Assembly: GCA_043228905.1 (NCBI GenBank)
Contig: JBHGNT010000007.1
Span: 10,726,001-10,790,000, forward strand
Length of the DNA: 64,000 bases
From: Azolla caroliniana
Taxonomy: Eukaryota > Plantae > Polypodiophyta
Reading direction: 5' to 3'
Under the pieces are notes generated by a model. It did no database searches. It was not told the origin of the DNA and was given only the letters and a program-made list of their open reading frames with translations. How positions within the stretch are numbered: the stretch's first letter is position 1; every line of letters begins with the position of its first letter. This document shows positions 1 through 13,220 of the stretch, piece after piece. The translations under genes and the position numbers were made by a program.

Positions 1-706
1 CCCAACCGTTTCGTCCTTCTCTCCCACCGAACACCCCTTTATCGGGATGTCATCCAAGAATGGCATGGTGATGTCTGGGATGCAGTCCCTCAGCACCTTA
101 TTCATTGCATTCACCATGTGCGCCACCGAGTTGGTCCCTCCTTGCAGTAGGGTACACATCCGTACTAGCCCGAGAGGAGTTCGCATCGTCGTCATGTCCC
201 TGCTTTTCACAACTAGTTGGAACTGTTCATACCCTGAGTACAAATCCCCAACTAAATAGATCGACCTTCAGGTGAAGGCCTCCGCGAACTCATCAATGGT
301 TGGTCTGATACCCGTGTTCCAGATGGTCACCTTGTAGACCGGCTGCAGGTCTTGAATGAAGCACAACGTGCCATTCTTCTTTGGCACGGTAAACCACCGA
401 TTCGAATATGGGGCACTTGACGGCTCGAGAATGCCCATCTACACCTTCTGCTTTAGCAGCTCCATCAACTTTGGGATGTGAGCTCTGGGCACCAGAATTG
501 GCTTGAGATTCCACGGCACATGCGGTACCGTGAAGATCACCATTGGTTCCACGATCGTCGGGTCTATGCACCCAATCTCCCCCGACGTGAATGGGAAGGC
601 CCTCCCGTGCCTTCCGAGCATTCTCTGAAACCGGTCCTCCTTCGCCGGTAGTAGAAAGCCACCCCCACTGACCTTGAGCTCCCGTAGCGTTATGTTGGTA
701 AACCAG

Positions 707-1921
707 TGTCGCAAAAATATGACGAGGATACGCGAACTTGAGGCAGGACCCCGGGGCCTCCGATCGGAAGATATGAGATTCGTGCTTTTATTTTTTTAAC
801 AATTAACGGAAATAAGAAATTTCATAATTTTCATTAACAAAGGAAAAGAAATTACAATATGTCTCAAGATTGGGATTCAAAAGTTTTAGCTTATGGAGAT
901 TACTCGAATAATAAATTAGAAGAAACAAAATATGGATTCAATAGAAATTTAGGGTTTTTGGCTTTGATAAGAGATTTTAGATTTTGAGAGATATGGCTTC
1001 CGTAGGAAAATTTAGGGTTTATGGCTTCCGTAAGGAAATTAGGGTTTTTGAGTGTTATGGCTTCCGTAGGGAAGATTAGGGTTTACTTGAGAGATAACTT
1101 CCCCCTCCTCATCGAAAAATTATGAGTTTATGAGTCCTTAGCCCCCTTGATTCACGGATTCTTTCTTCTTCTTTTTTTGTCCTTCCCTTGCATGTGTCTC
1201 ACATGGCGTTTACTTTAGTTTTCTTCACTTTACTTTAGTTTGTTGCATGATCTCCACCTTTTGTTGCACACCTTCCACATCACCTTTACTTTTTGCATAC
1301 ACTCCCACTTTAGTTGCTTGCATCCACATGGCCTTTACTTTAGTTCTCTTCACTTCACTTTAGTTTGTTGCATGATCCAATCTTCCGTCCGTCCATGTCC
1401 AACCTCGTCCGGCAGCCGGTTCCGCCCGATCGCCGAATCCCTCGCCGACCGGTTCCATTTTGCTTGCCAGCCGGTTCTGGTTCTGGTTCTGGTTTTGCTT
1501 ACTAGCCGGTTTCCAGTTTTGCTTACTGGCCGGTTTCCAGTTTCCAAATTTGCATACCGGCCAGTTTCCGGATGTGCATACCGGCCGGTTTCTAGATTTG
1601 CTTACCGGCCGGTTTCCAGATTTGCATACCGGCCGGTTTCCGGATTTGCTTACCCGCCGGTTTCCGGATTTTGGGAACTTGGCCACCATAATCCATCAAG
1701 AAAAAGTGGCCAAACTGCTCTTAGCACAAATGATAAATGAGGGATCCCAATGTGCCTATATAGCCAGGGCCTTAAGTTTCCTATCTAGGTGGGATAAATA
1801 ATAGTTCTATTTTTCCCTATCTTCTCAAGCATCCATCTTTCTATAACATGCCATTAAGCTAATATAAAGTACTTATTTTATTATTTATTTTTTTACATAG
1901 TGTGAGAAGATTCACACGACA
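707..1921 (-). mobile_element. Solo LTR (1215 bp), gypsy type
   Basis: Termini TGTCG...CGACA with 4-bp TSD ccag/ccgg (one transition). The host pol reading (IGH-R/W-F) rejoins across it. Confidence 0.85.
1500..1672. repeat. Tandem repeat of about 24 bp (ccggccggtttccagatttgcata-like) inside the solo LTR
   Basis: About 7 degenerate units, which generate the repetitive ORFs at 1240-1801. Confidence 0.85.
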
Positions 1922-4513
1922 CCGGTGTCCTATGCCGGCCGGATTCCGTAAACTTGGGTCCGACGCGACCCCCTTTTTCCGCTCCCCGCTGCCCTCCGGC
2001 AAGGGTGCCGTGACTGGCCTCACCTTCCGGTCCACAGTCTTCTATTTTGTATCTACACAGGCCGTCTGATCCGTCCTGACCCTTTCCCCAAAGTCTCTTC
2101 ACTGAGGCCCTCATCAACCACCTTTCCCATTTCCCCCAGGGTGTCATCGAAAGAGACCGCCTCCACGGCGCTGCTAATTTCTTCGTCAGGGCTGAGGACT
2201 CCACACTCTCTAAAACGTTCCTCGGCCCTCTTCTTCCCCCAGCCACCGACGCCGGCTATCGTACAACCTCCATTGTCGGAGGCCCAAAACTTCCTACCTA
2301 TAGCACACTTGTGGGGTTTTGTCGGAGTGTCCGGACTATCACGACCCCACGCCTTGATAGCCCTCTCTAAAAATCCCCATGGTGACAACCGCGGGGTTTT
2401 GTCGGAGTGTCTCGCGGTTACGCTCATGGTTTGGTTGCACTGTCAGAAATTGGACGAATTGTCGCCCATCTTGGCTTTTTACACGTTCGTATGCCGCACC
2501 TTTATCCAACACCTTTGTCTCCATGCGTGCCGCCGTAGTGTATGGTTCGCTGAGTATCACCGGGTGCGAGGATGTCTCCTGCACAAAGAAGTGTCGATCA
2601 ATCTCGACATCACCGATTTTCACACGTACATTCGAGCAGGCCCCGTGCAACTCCTCCGTGGCGCGCGTCGCCGCGCGTATCTTCCACCCATGCTTGGTGT
2701 TAATCGGCCATTTTCCCTTCTTATAGAAGGCCATTGACATCAGGTTGATCTCCAACCCGTGGTCGATCAATGCCACTACCAGATTTTGGATGTCCCCGAC
2801 CCGAACGGGGGTTTCCATAGTAGCCCTCGCCTAGTGCAACTTCGAATAGTGGCTCTCCACCAACTCTTCTTTAATGGCTACGTTCTCCAGGTGTGTTGTT
2901 TGCACCTCCACCAGCTTCTTCGGCTCCGGCTCCGTCGAGAGCCGTTTACGCTTCACCAAGTCCACGATGGAATCGTGGAACTTCTTCTTGGCGATCCCGA
3001 GCACCTCCCTTAGCGACAACTCCACCTTGCTGTTGAGAATCCACTCCTCGTGGACCTTCCATAGGTTCATCGTCCTTTCGATTTCGGTGCCCAGGTTGTA
3101 CCCGGTTAACCTTGCTTTGTCTACCATGCTGGAATTGCCAACTTCATTCCTCTTTGGCCCGAACCGGGTCTCGTACCAATTCAAGGCTGTGGTCCCACCG
3201 GCCTTCCCTACCCTCTTATCATCTACCAGAACTTCGTAGTTCTGGCACGCGGCTTCCACGAAGCTGGTCTTCTCCTCTACCCGGTCATCCCACCCAGTGA
3301 CCTCTTGGACCCGCTGCTCCGAGTAGTCTGCTTCTTCCCTCTTCAGTCATGCGCCGGAGAGGCCTTCTAGTACCAAGGGCCAGAAGCCAGAGTCTTTCGT
3401 TTTCCGGTCTTTGTTACCTCCTACCCGGATTCCGGTCAATGCCAAATAATGGACGGCCTCGGCATGGCGCGCCTCCACCTCTTCCATTAACCGCTTCATC
3501 CCGGCATGCCCGAAATTTGTCTCCACGGCTCTTCGGGTATCACCAGCATGCACCCATCCGTTCCAAAGGTAATACACATTACCCTTGAGGTCCTTGGCAA
3601 ACTCCACGCAATCTCACCGGCTATGTTGAACCGCGTCGCACCACATACACCGTTGTCCAACTGGTGGCCTCCGGTCGCGTGGCTGCTCTCCATTGTCTCT
3701 CCGGGCCTGTGCGATCTGCAGGTCGCACACCATTTGTGTCAGCTCCTCCGGATGGGCCCTTGACCATGCCGGTCGAGGCCGAGCCTGTCTCGAGCCAATC
3801 TTGGGTTTCCTCCTTTCGTGTCGGCAAAGGCTCATCGAACTTCCTTGCCGGGACGGGTCTCGCCACCGACGGACCCTCGTTTCCCCACTCACGTTGTTTG
3901 TCAAAATGGCCGCAGACTCTCTTCACCATGGCCCAGTCGGCCGTCAACCCGTCATCCATCTCTAGAAGGAGACCCACCTGATCTCAATGTTGTGGGTCCA
4001 CGACTTTGACAAACAACAAGACACGACTCGTGTCCAACACGGCTCTGTCCAATGCCGAAAACTACGCAAAGCATTCTTCAAACTCCTGAAGAAGCGCCGA
4101 CGCGTTCCTCCCCTTTCCGGGGGTCTCCACCCAATCCATGAAATCTCGCTTCGATAGCCGAAGCGCGTCATTGAGCCCGTACCTTTCGAGAAGCCGCCCC
4201 TCGAACTCTTCCCAGGTCTGGCATCCGTCCTGCACCTCAAGCACCTCTGCGTGAATGCCTAGTATTGCCACTTGAGGGAATCCGGCCAGCCTCCAGTCTT
4301 CCGGAATGTCCCTCATCACCATTTCGGCTCGGTAGGACACCAAATAGCTCGTGGCGTTATTTCGACCAAACCGGCCTACAGTGCCGACAATTGCTTCAAT
4401 GGCCCTGTCGAGGGCGCCCGTGCCCTCCCGAGCACTTACTATCTGATTGACTGATGCCACCATGGCTTTGGCGAGCTCTGATCCCCTCATCTTCGACTCC
4501 TGTGCCGCCTTGT

Positions 4514-4531
4514 TTCACATCGGGTTCACCA
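4514..4531 (-). promoter_or_regulatory. Primer-binding site complementary to the tRNA-Trp 3' end
   Basis: Minus strand TGGTGAACCCGATGTGAA matches the complement of plant tRNA-Trp ...TTCACGTCGGGTTCACCA at 17/18, 5 nt from the LTR end. Confidence 0.85.
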
Positions 4532-5540
4532 AATAATGTCGTGTTGTTTTGCTTTTGCATAGGAAATAAGGCGGGACCTTGGGGGCCCTGAACTGAGGAG
4601 CAAGAGAGAGAAGAAGGCGGAATGGGAGAAGACCGCAAGGGTAAGCCGGTTAGGCTTGTTTGCCATTGACAACGCTTGCCGGCCGAATGAACCACTAACT
4701 CGTAACTTAACAAGATGCACACTCGCGTAAAGAGAGACTCACAGAAACACACACAGAGAGAACACAAGGGGTTCGATTCCTATAACAGCAAAGGTTACAC
4801 TGTTTGCAAGATTACAACCGGATAGCCGGTGATAGACCCAACCCAGACAATCACACACCCACACACACACGTAGTAGAGCCTTTGCCCGAAGCATACGAC
4901 TTTCCTCGAAGCAAAGGCAACCAACTCAGAAAGCTGCAGAAAACAACATTAGAGAAGGAGAGAGCTCGGTTCCCAGTCCGACAACACCTCGTCCTTGCCA
5001 AAATGCGATCCCTTTTCATCCGTCTCCCCTTTCCTTTTATAGGCCGCCGAGGAAGGACCGTTACATCCGGTCACATCAGTTTTATTCTCTGTCCCTTCGG
5101 ACAAAGATCCGCTTCGGTTCACTAGCCTATTAATTTATACTCCCTAAGACATACACATCATGCTGGCCTATTCCTAGTTATGTACAGTGTGTTGGTTTGA
5201 GTGCACACGCGTAAGTGCCGTTTCACGCGCCTAATTCCATGATTCCACCTAAGGCCGGTTTTCTCCACGACACCGGAAAAGGATGCAGTCCAGGAATTGC
5301 GGCAAGCACAAGAGGCTCTGGAATGGGAAATGATGGTATCTCAACGAGTAAAGGCGTCCCAATTAGAAGAAGTAAATTTGGGCACCGGAGAGGTAGCGCG
5401 TCCGGTACACGTTGTCGTGATGTTGCGTGTCCAATGGGAGAAATTGTGAAATAGTGTGGTTTCACGCACATTACACAAACAATTATAAATATGAAAATTA
5501 GCCTAATGTCTAGTGGCATTCGAGTGCATATAGAGGGGTG

Positions 5541-5607
5541 CAACCATGATTTGAACCTTGCACCCCCAAGATAGCAGACATTTATCTTACCATTAGGGCT
5601 ACTACCA
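5541..5607 (-). other. Degenerate tRNA-like Pol III A/B-box segment inside LTR
   Basis: Minus strand TAGCCCTAATGGTAAG...GGTTCAAATC. Confidence 0.6.
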
Positions 5608-5770
5608 AGTACTTTAAATGTTATGTATTTCTTTTCATATTCAAAGGAAGAGGAAAAACAACTGTACAAAACCATGTGCACAAAACCATGTTCCAAGCCC
5701 ATGGGGCATAGTCCAAAATTGAATCCAATGGGGCATAGTCCAAAATTTTCTAGACACCTACAATGCCGAG

Positions 5771-6793
5771 ATGGATTCGAGAGGTGTGAATGAAGCTATG
5801 AGGCTGGAGTACTTTTGTCGGGTGGTGGCTGAACCGATTTACAAAGAGGTAAAAGAGCTTCGAGAAGCTCATGACTCGTGGGTGACTTTCACGGAGGCTC
5901 TATTGAAGGCATATGGCTACGAGAGACCGAAGGGACGAGGTCAGCGTGAGTTCGACCAGTGGGTGGTATCGGTGAAGACCCACCAAGGTGCGACACAAGC
6001 ATTCCTAGACTTCGAGCGTCGTTTTTCTCAACTGTTGGAGCATGAACAAAGATTGGTAGGGGTGGATAAGGTTTTGTTGTTCGTGAAGTCGATCGATCGA
6101 AGGGAAAGGATGACCATTAGACTCAAACTCGAAGAAGATTATGGTGCAAATGGCCTCACCGAGGATTGGAGAAGAGTGGAAAGGGTATGCCAACACGACG
6201 AGAGGAAGATGAGATTCTCATCGACAACAACACGACCCATGAGAAATGTTCAAAGGAGAACGGGATGTGGCAATACACTACCACTAAAGGAAGAAAGCTC
6301 AAAGAGGGAAGATTCCATACTCAACATAGAAGTCTTTATGAGAGAGGCGTTCGAGAACTTAAAGGCACAAGTTGAGGCTGAAGAGAAGCTTCAAAAGGAG
6401 CAAAAACTGAAGCAGATGGTGATTGAGGAAGAAGAGACCTCCCGACGAATGCGGGTTAATGAAGTGGCCAAGATGAATGCCCAAGTTCGGTACCACGATG
6501 GTACCACGAGGAAATGTGTGGAACAAGACACCTTCTCGTCTTGCAAAGAAACAACGACGAAGAATGAAACCAATGAATCGAGGATGGCGAACGCCACTTC
6601 AAGCGAGGACATATGTTTCGGAAGACACATCGTGTCTGAAACATCGAGTAATGAAGGTGCAAGCATGAGCAAAGCTTGCGTGATTGAGGGATGTAAACCG
6701 TGCGAGGTCGACGTGATTGAGGTGGTAGCCACGAGGAACGACATCAAGTCACAGATGGCTATGGAAGAGTCCACGGTGGATGACCGTGTCTAG
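5771..6793 (+). CDS. Gag-like protein (340 aa) of the non-autonomous element
   Basis: VDKVLLFVKSID...GLTEDWRRVERVC resembles gag of the 1-5412 element (LLFVKVVD...GLTADWAMVKRVC), followed by a charged low-complexity tail. Confidence 0.7.
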   Translation: MDSRGVNEAMRLEYFCRVVAEPIYKEVKELREAHDSWVTFTEALLKAYGYERPKGRGQREFDQWVVSVKTHQGATQAFLDFERRFSQLLEHEQRLVGVDKVLLFVKSIDRRERMTIRLKLEEDYGANGLTEDWRRVERVCQHDERKMRFSSTTTRPMRNVQRRTGCGNTLPLKEESSKREDSILNIEVFMREAFENLKAQVEAEEKLQKEQKLKQMVIEEEETSRRMRVNEVAKMNAQVRYHDGTTRKCVEQDTFSSCKETTTKNETNESRMANATSSEDICFGRHIVSETSSNEGASMSKACVIEGCKPCEVDVIEVVATRNDIKSQMAMEESTVDDRV

Positions 6794-7235
6794 ACTTTCC
6801 CAACACTTGATCTAGAGACTTGGGCAATTGCGTCTAAGAGCCAACATGAGACCCAAGAGACGGAAAGTGGTGGGGAAGCAAATATTCAAGACAATGCGAA
6901 TAACAACGTTGAGTGAAAGATGGATATAGATGAGAAGACGGTGACCGATGGTGCTGAGGTTCTCCTCACAATTGTTCTTGAGACTTTGGCAGTTGTGCCC
7001 GAGTGCCAATGTCAGACCAGAGAGACGGAAGGTGACGACAAGAAATCGAAGGACCGAAACAGAGATGAGGACGATGACCACAGACTAAGGAATCCCTCCA
7101 CACCGGTTCTAGAGACTTCGACAATTGTGCACGAAAGCCAACATAAGACCGTAGAGATGGAAGGTGGTGGCGAGGAGATGAGGGTCAAAGCCATCGCATA
7201 CAGAGGAACGGTGGTCAACAAAGAGGTCATGAACA
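6770..7235 (+). repeat. Three degenerate repeats of about 130-165 bp downstream of gag
   Basis: Core gagactt.ggcaattgtg..gag.gccaac..agacc..agagacggaaggtg recurs at about 6813, 6980 and 7111. Confidence 0.7.
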
Positions 7236-8030
7236 AAGCTACAATAGAGTTTGATGAAGAGCCAAGGAGCGGCAAGAAAGGTAGAACCGGAAGACAATCT
7301 GGATGGAAGATGTCGCGGTTGGTATTTCGACCCCAACGGAAGCCGACCTGGATGAGAGTTGATTAACCGGGCCCAACCCAACCGAAACCTGGATAGACGC
7401 CGACCCGGAGGGAAGCCGGTTGTTTGAGTCTAATTCGGCTGAATGTGAATCTGGAAGAAGACTGACCAAGCCAGAAGCTGATTGGTCGAGACCGATCCAG
7501 ACAAAAGTTGAGCCGGCGAAGCCGGAGGTCGAAGTAGAGGAGCCACGACAACCAGTCGAGGTTGTTGAGCATGAGGAAACGCAAGCATGAGACGAGAAAG
7601 GACGATCAGAGGAAGTTTGATGAACAAGGAGATGGTCAGGACAAAGGCGACACATGTACAATGCATGAAGGGTTATGCTTAGGAGGAGCAAAAGGGGCTA
7701 TCAGAAGTGGTCATGGCAATGCGAAGGGCAAGAGAATGATATGGTTGATTGGCTGGCGATGATGGTTCGGGTGGATGGAATGCATGTGTGAAAAAAGGAC
7801 AACGCGGGCAAGGCGTAAGGAAGGAGGAAATAAAATGCCAACCACCTTTAACTCCGCCACATCACTCTTTTCTTCTTGGCACATGCCGAAGGATGTGTGG
7901 TTTGGTGGAGGTTGATGTCGTGATGTTGCGTGTCCAATGGGAGAAATTGTGAAATAGTGTGGTTTCACACACATTACACAAATGATCATAAATATGAAAA
8001 TTAGCCTAGGGTCTAGTGGCATTTGAGTAC

Positions 8031-8097
8031 AAGCATGATTTGAACCTTGCACCTCCAAGGTAGGAGACATTAATCTTACCATTAGGGCTACTACCAA
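8031..8097 (-). other. Degenerate tRNA-like Pol III A/B-box segment inside LTR (second copy)
   Basis: Minus strand TAGCCCTAATGGTAAG...GCAAGGTTCAAATCATGC. Confidence 0.6.
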
Positions 8098-9477
8098 GTA
8101 CTTTAAATGTTATGTATTTCTTTCCATATTCAAAGGCATAGGAAAACAACCGTACAAAACCATGTTTGAAGCCCATGGTTTTGTGCATGCACAAGAAAAA
8201 CCGTGTGCCCAAAAACCATGGATCCAAGCCCATGGTTTTTTGCATGATAGAAGCATGGATAGACCTATAAAAACCCTCATAAGGCTTGTGTAAGGGGGGG
8301 GCTCAATATGTGATATCATTATCATCACCATCAATGTAATTATGGTAAACACGTGCTTCATTGATTAACAAAAAACCATTAAGAATTTGTGTTGATGGTA
8401 ATTGAACCATGCAAATGCCATTCACGTGGTGTATAAAATATTCTCGTGGTTCTTAATCACCACGTCAAGCACTTAATGTTGATCTTCATAGTTTGGTTCA
8501 TCTACAACAGAGAAACATTTATGTGGAACTAAGGATGACAACACAAGCATAACTCAGGTGACAAGGAAACTTGCAAGAACTCAAGGTGGGGATATTAATA
8601 GCTACACATGTAGATGGCCATCACCTAGGGCACCAATTCTACATTGGTAAAGTTTTGGACGTGGTGATGGATTAAACTTCTGTAATACATCTATCATTGA
8701 CATTAGTGAGGTGGATATCATTGTGTATGACTTTATACTGACAAAAGTTGGATGTTTAAGGACAACAACGATAGACATAATAAAAAAGATATTATGAAGA
8801 CTAGAAGATATCTCAAATTGAAGGCGAACAAGATTTAGTTCACACAATTTGGAGACACCATTTAGTGAAGACAATGATTTGATTGGTACATTTGAAAATG
8901 AGGAGGAAGAGTCACAATTGTATATTAGCTATAGTAGTGATTCTCAGGAAAGGAATGATGATAGTGATGCAAATAACTCTTAAATGTATTTTTTGTGCAA
9001 CGATATGTAAGAAATTTAGACAATATTTTATCGAATGAAATAAAAAAGTTGATTGTTTTGAAATCTTTCGCTTATGATTTCGTTAGGATCTAAAATACTA
9101 CTAGTTGTAATTTCTCCTTAAAAATACACAAAGTTACTTTTCATATTTGGTCAAATTTTGGCATTTCTCAATTTTACCAAATGGTGAAAATTTTAGCTTT
9201 TTCATCAAGTTTTTGGGAACATGTAATACTCGTATCAAGGTGTTTTGTGAAATGGCAAAAAAAGCCCCAAAATCAAACGTAATATTCCTTATCCTTCCAT
9301 TTGTGCGCGATCCTTCCACTTGCGAATGCGAACGTGTTAACGAAGTAATAAGAAGCTTTCCATTAAAGCTCGATCGATTGTCTAAGTCTCGATTCATTGT
9401 ATTTTCTGTGTGTTGTTTTATGTGCATAAGCAAACAGGTCCGTAAACGTATTCCACATACGTATACATAGTTCCAAC

Positions 9478-12400
9478 ACCTCCGTGGTTAACAACGCAAC
9501 CATCTTCTGTAGCCTCGACTGCCACGAAACAGCTCCCCCTGCATAAGTCATGACATATCCGGATGTAGACCAGCTGGTATCTGCATCAGCCAACATATCT
9601 GAATTCATGAATCCGTCAAGTTGGGGAATACCAGAGCCGAACTAGAGGTGCCTTTCAAGTACCAGAGTATCCACTTGACCGCGTTCTAGTGCTCTCTTTC
9701 GGGATTGCTCATGAACCGGATCACCACTCCGACTGCATATCCAATGTTTGGTCGAGTACATAACATTGCGTACATCAAGCTCCCAACGACAAAGGCATAT
9801 AGTATCTTCATCATATTCGTCTTCTTTGCCATAGTCCTTGGGATTTGTTTTCCAGATAGCTTGCAGTTTGCCGGAAGTGTTGATTCGACTGGTTTCACCT
9901 CCAACATGTTGAACCATTGAAGCACCTTTGTCACGTACTTCTCCTACGACAACCACAACAGCTTCTTTGACCGGTCCCGGATGATGTGCATTCCCAATAT
10001 CTATCTTGCCGAACCCAAGTCTTTCATTGAGAAGGTCCGGTTCAGAGCCTTCTTCAGCATCCGTATCTTGACTTGGTTTCGTCCGACGATCAACATATCA
10101 TCCACATATAGTAGGAGTATCATGAAATCTCCTCCATCAAATTTCTTCACAAAGATGCGGTGATCGGCTTGCGTTTTGTGGTACCCTTGGTCGGTCATGA
10201 AGGAGTCGAACTTCTAGTACCATTGTCGGGGAGCTTGCTTTAGTCCATATAAGCTCTTCTTAAGCCGGCACACCAAGTGCTCCTTCCCTTTCTTCTCAAA
10301 TCCTTCCGGTTGATGCATGTAGATCTCCTCTTCGAGGTCACCATGGAGGAATGTCGTCTTCACGTCCAGTTGCTCTACCTCGAGGTCCATGCTTGCCGCT
10401 ATGCCCAATACCGTTCAGATGGATGTCATTTTTACTACTGGGACAAAGATATCATCGAAGTCCACTCCTTTCTTATGCTGGAAGCCCTTCACCACGATTC
10501 AGGCCTTATACCTTGGTCAATTTACGGCGTCTCCCAGTTTTATCTTGTACACCCACTTGTTCGGGAGTGCCCTCTTTCCTTTCGCCAACTCCACCAATTC
10601 ATATGTGTGGTTCTCATGAAGGGAATCCACCTCATCTTGCATGGCAGTCAACCACTCGCGGCTATGGGTGTCTCCCTTCGCTTCTTCAAAGCTTTCCGGC
10701 TCCCCCTCATCGGTTAGCAACACATGCTCTACATTCGGAAATCTCTTGGGTGCCCTTCTCTCCCGGAGAGGATATCTCCGTCCCTGGTTTCTGGCTACCG
10801 GTTCAGATGTCTGTTCTGAATCCAAATCTGATTCGGGATGGTGTCTGGTTCCGGTGTCTTCTTCTTCTTCTTCGGTCGGTTCGGATTCCTGTTCGTATCT
10901 GTCCGGTTCGTCGAGTGTCATCCGGTTACCAGCTAACATCCGGTTTTCAACCGGGTAGGTCCTTGTGTCCTCAGGCCGGTTTTCATTGGATGATCTGGAG
11001 TTGATCAACTTCTTCTCCGACTCCCAATCGGTAATGGTCCTGTCTTCCATGAAGACTATGTCCCGACTCCAGAACACCTTCTTGTCGACCAGATCCCACA
11101 CCCGGTAACCAAACTCATCATTGTCGTATCCAAGGAATATGCATGGTCGGGACTTCGGATCCAACTTTGCTCTCTTGTCCTTCGCCAGATGCACGTATCC
11201 GAGACACCCGAACACCTTCAGATGCGGGTAAGACACATCTTTACCGGTCCATACTTTTTGAGGTGAGTCTCCTCCCAAGGGAATTGAGGGTGATATGTTT
11301 ATCACATAGGTCGCTGTCGTCAACGCCTCAACCCAAAACGTCTTGGGTAACTTGGCATGTGTGAGCATGCTCCAGACTCTCTCCATTATGGTCTAGTACA
11401 TCCTTTTGGCCAACCCGTTCAATTCCGGCGTCTTCGGCATGGTAAATTCTAGCAGTATTCCTCGAACTGCCCCCGGTATTCTCCTCCGTTATCTACTCGA
11501 ACCGCCTTCAACTTCCGACTGGTTTCTCTTTCCACTCTCGCGTGGAGCTCCTTGAAGACGGATAGCGCCTGATCCTTCATCTTCAATGGTGAGACCCACG
11601 GGTTCCGGTTGTGGTCGTCTATGAACGTCACAAAGTACTATGATCCGGCATGTGACTTCATGTCTACTTGACACACATCGGTATGCCCCAGCTCCAGTGG
11701 TGCATTCCCTCTCATCGGAGGTCTTGACCGGAAGGAGGTTCGGTTTTTCTTGGCGGCAAGACAATCGATGCACTTCTCAAGTTGCATGTCCTTCACCGGA
11801 ATGAGGTTGTCTTTGGCAAGCCTCTTCATCCCCTTCTCACTAGTGTGACACAATATTTTGTGCCACAACTCACTGGCAGTGTCGGATGCTACATTCACTT
11901 CTTCCCGGCATATCCGGGCATTCATCAAGTACAGTGTGTTGATCTTCCTGGCTCGGGCCAGTATCAAGCTTCCCTTGCTGAACTTCATAACATTGTTCCA
12001 GATGCTACCCGTGTAGCCTTCATCATCTAGCCGACCGACTGATATTAGGTTCAGTCGAACCTCCGGAACGTGTTGGACATCCTTCAACAACAATTTGCAT
12101 CCAGTTGATGTTCTCAACAACACATCTCCTATGCCGATAATTCGGCATGTACCTTCATTCCCCATCCGGACACAACCATGATCACCGGTTCTGTAGGATG
12201 AGAAGCATTTCCGATCCGGTGTCAGGTGGAACGACGCTTCGGAATCGACAACCCACGTTGTCTCATCGCCGACAAGGTTTAACTCATTCTTTTCGGTAAT
12301 GAGCATCAGTTCTTATTCACTTGTCACGATTGCCAACATTCCCTTCTAATCTGGGCCTCTCCAGTCCGAACCATTTCGTTCCGAACTCTTCTTCGAATTG

Positions 12401-13220
12401 GTAGTGCCGGTTTCTTTCTCCTTCCGGAAATGCTGACAGTTCTATTGTGGGAAGTGTCCCGGCTTCCCGCAATAGAAGCACGTGGGCCTCCCCCTTCACT
12501 TCGACCTCATCCCCGATTTGTCTCGGTTTTGGGGACTCCGATATCGGCCTCTTCCCCGGTTGTGGCCATCTTCTATGACCAAGGCCTTCGGATCGGTTCC
12601 GGACTCCCGGTCCTTCCGGTGAGCTTCTTCATCTAGCAAGCTTGATTTTACCCTTGCTAGGGACAACTGTTTTCCTTCCGGCCTGGCGTTGCCCAACGTG
12701 ACAACTAACGTCTCCCTATCCGGGAGGGAACTGAGCAGGAGTAATGCGAGTACCTCATGAGCAAGAGGTACTTCCAATGAGGTTGCTTGAAATGTCAGCC
12801 CCTGGAAGGCATTCATGTGCTCCGCCATACTGGAGTTGTCTTGGTACCAGAGCCTCACTAGCTTCCAGAATATCGAAACCCGATTAACGGCATTCTTGTT
12901 CTGGAACATGATGCTGATCTTCTCCTAGAGTTCATGAGTCTTGCTCTCTTCATTGAAGTTGTAGTATAGGCTCATGTTGATGAAGCACTGAATATATGTC
13001 ATCGTCTTCATGTGCATCACCTCCCATGTCACAACATCGATGTTATATGGTCTCTTGTCCTCGAATTGAACCAGCAACCAAAGATCTTTAACTACCAGCA
13101 TATCCCTCATCTTCGACTTCCACACTGAGTAGTTGGAGCCGATGAGCTTGAACATGCCGTCGAATGATTCTTCCATTTCTTGTCTTGTTCGCTCTGATAC
13201 CAGATTGAAGAGAATAACGT
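9478..13220 (-). mobile_element. Degenerate Ty1/copia element (Tnt1/Tork-like), truncated in RNase H; same family as 48139-53776
   Basis: gag MEESFDGMFKLIGSNYSVWK, protease WVVDS, integrase, RT LLYVDDML and RNase H SWQSRLQ. Only 15 bp of the 5' LTR remain (13206-13220). Confidence 0.92.
13191..13202 (-). promoter_or_regulatory. PBS complementary to initiator tRNA-Met
   Basis: Minus strand TGGTATCAGAGC. Confidence 0.9.

Larger units (their letters stand above)
1..5412 (-). mobile_element. Degenerate Ty3/gypsy element (non-chromovirus, tRNA-Trp PBS): partial 5' LTR 4537-5412, gag, protease and start of RT; interrupted by a solo LTR at 707-1921 and runs off the window
   Basis: Minus-strand ORFs give gag (4062-4490, 3621-3977), protease ALIDHGLEINLM (2339-2818) and RT N-terminus VPWNLKPILVPRAHIPK (439-714). 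The LTR end TGTCG at 4537 lies next to the PBS. Many stops and frameshifts. Confidence 0.9.
5413..8240 (+). mobile_element. Non-autonomous, gag-only gypsy-type element with LTR-like direct repeats at 5413-~5704 and 7916-~8240 (right end uncertain)
   Basis: Both repeats start TGTCGTGATGTTGCGTGTCC and align over about 290 bp. A purine-rich tract precedes 7916. The internal gag ORF has no pol downstream. Confidence 0.75.

Noticed and set aside
945-1090. TTAGGGTTT motifs as interstitial telomere
   Set aside because: They are dispersed within repeats of about 28 bp in a solo LTR, not tandem TTTAGGG arrays.
1240-1801. Repetitive ORFs (YRPVSRFA / GNRPVSKS)
   Set aside because: By-products of a 24-bp tandem repeat inside an LTR.
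4768-4781. B-box-like GGTTCGATTCC in the Trp-gypsy LTR
   Set aside because: No upstream A box, and not seen in the related LTR at 47398-48087.
5541-5607. Functional tRNA genes at the tRNA-like segments
   Set aside because: No convincing acceptor or anticodon stem; reported only as degenerate A/B-box cassettes.
8300-9477. Possible DNA transposon remnant (SLVHLQQRN peptide, acidic tail)
   Set aside because: Similarity to a hAT C-terminus is too weak and no TIR or TSD was found, so it is left unclassified.
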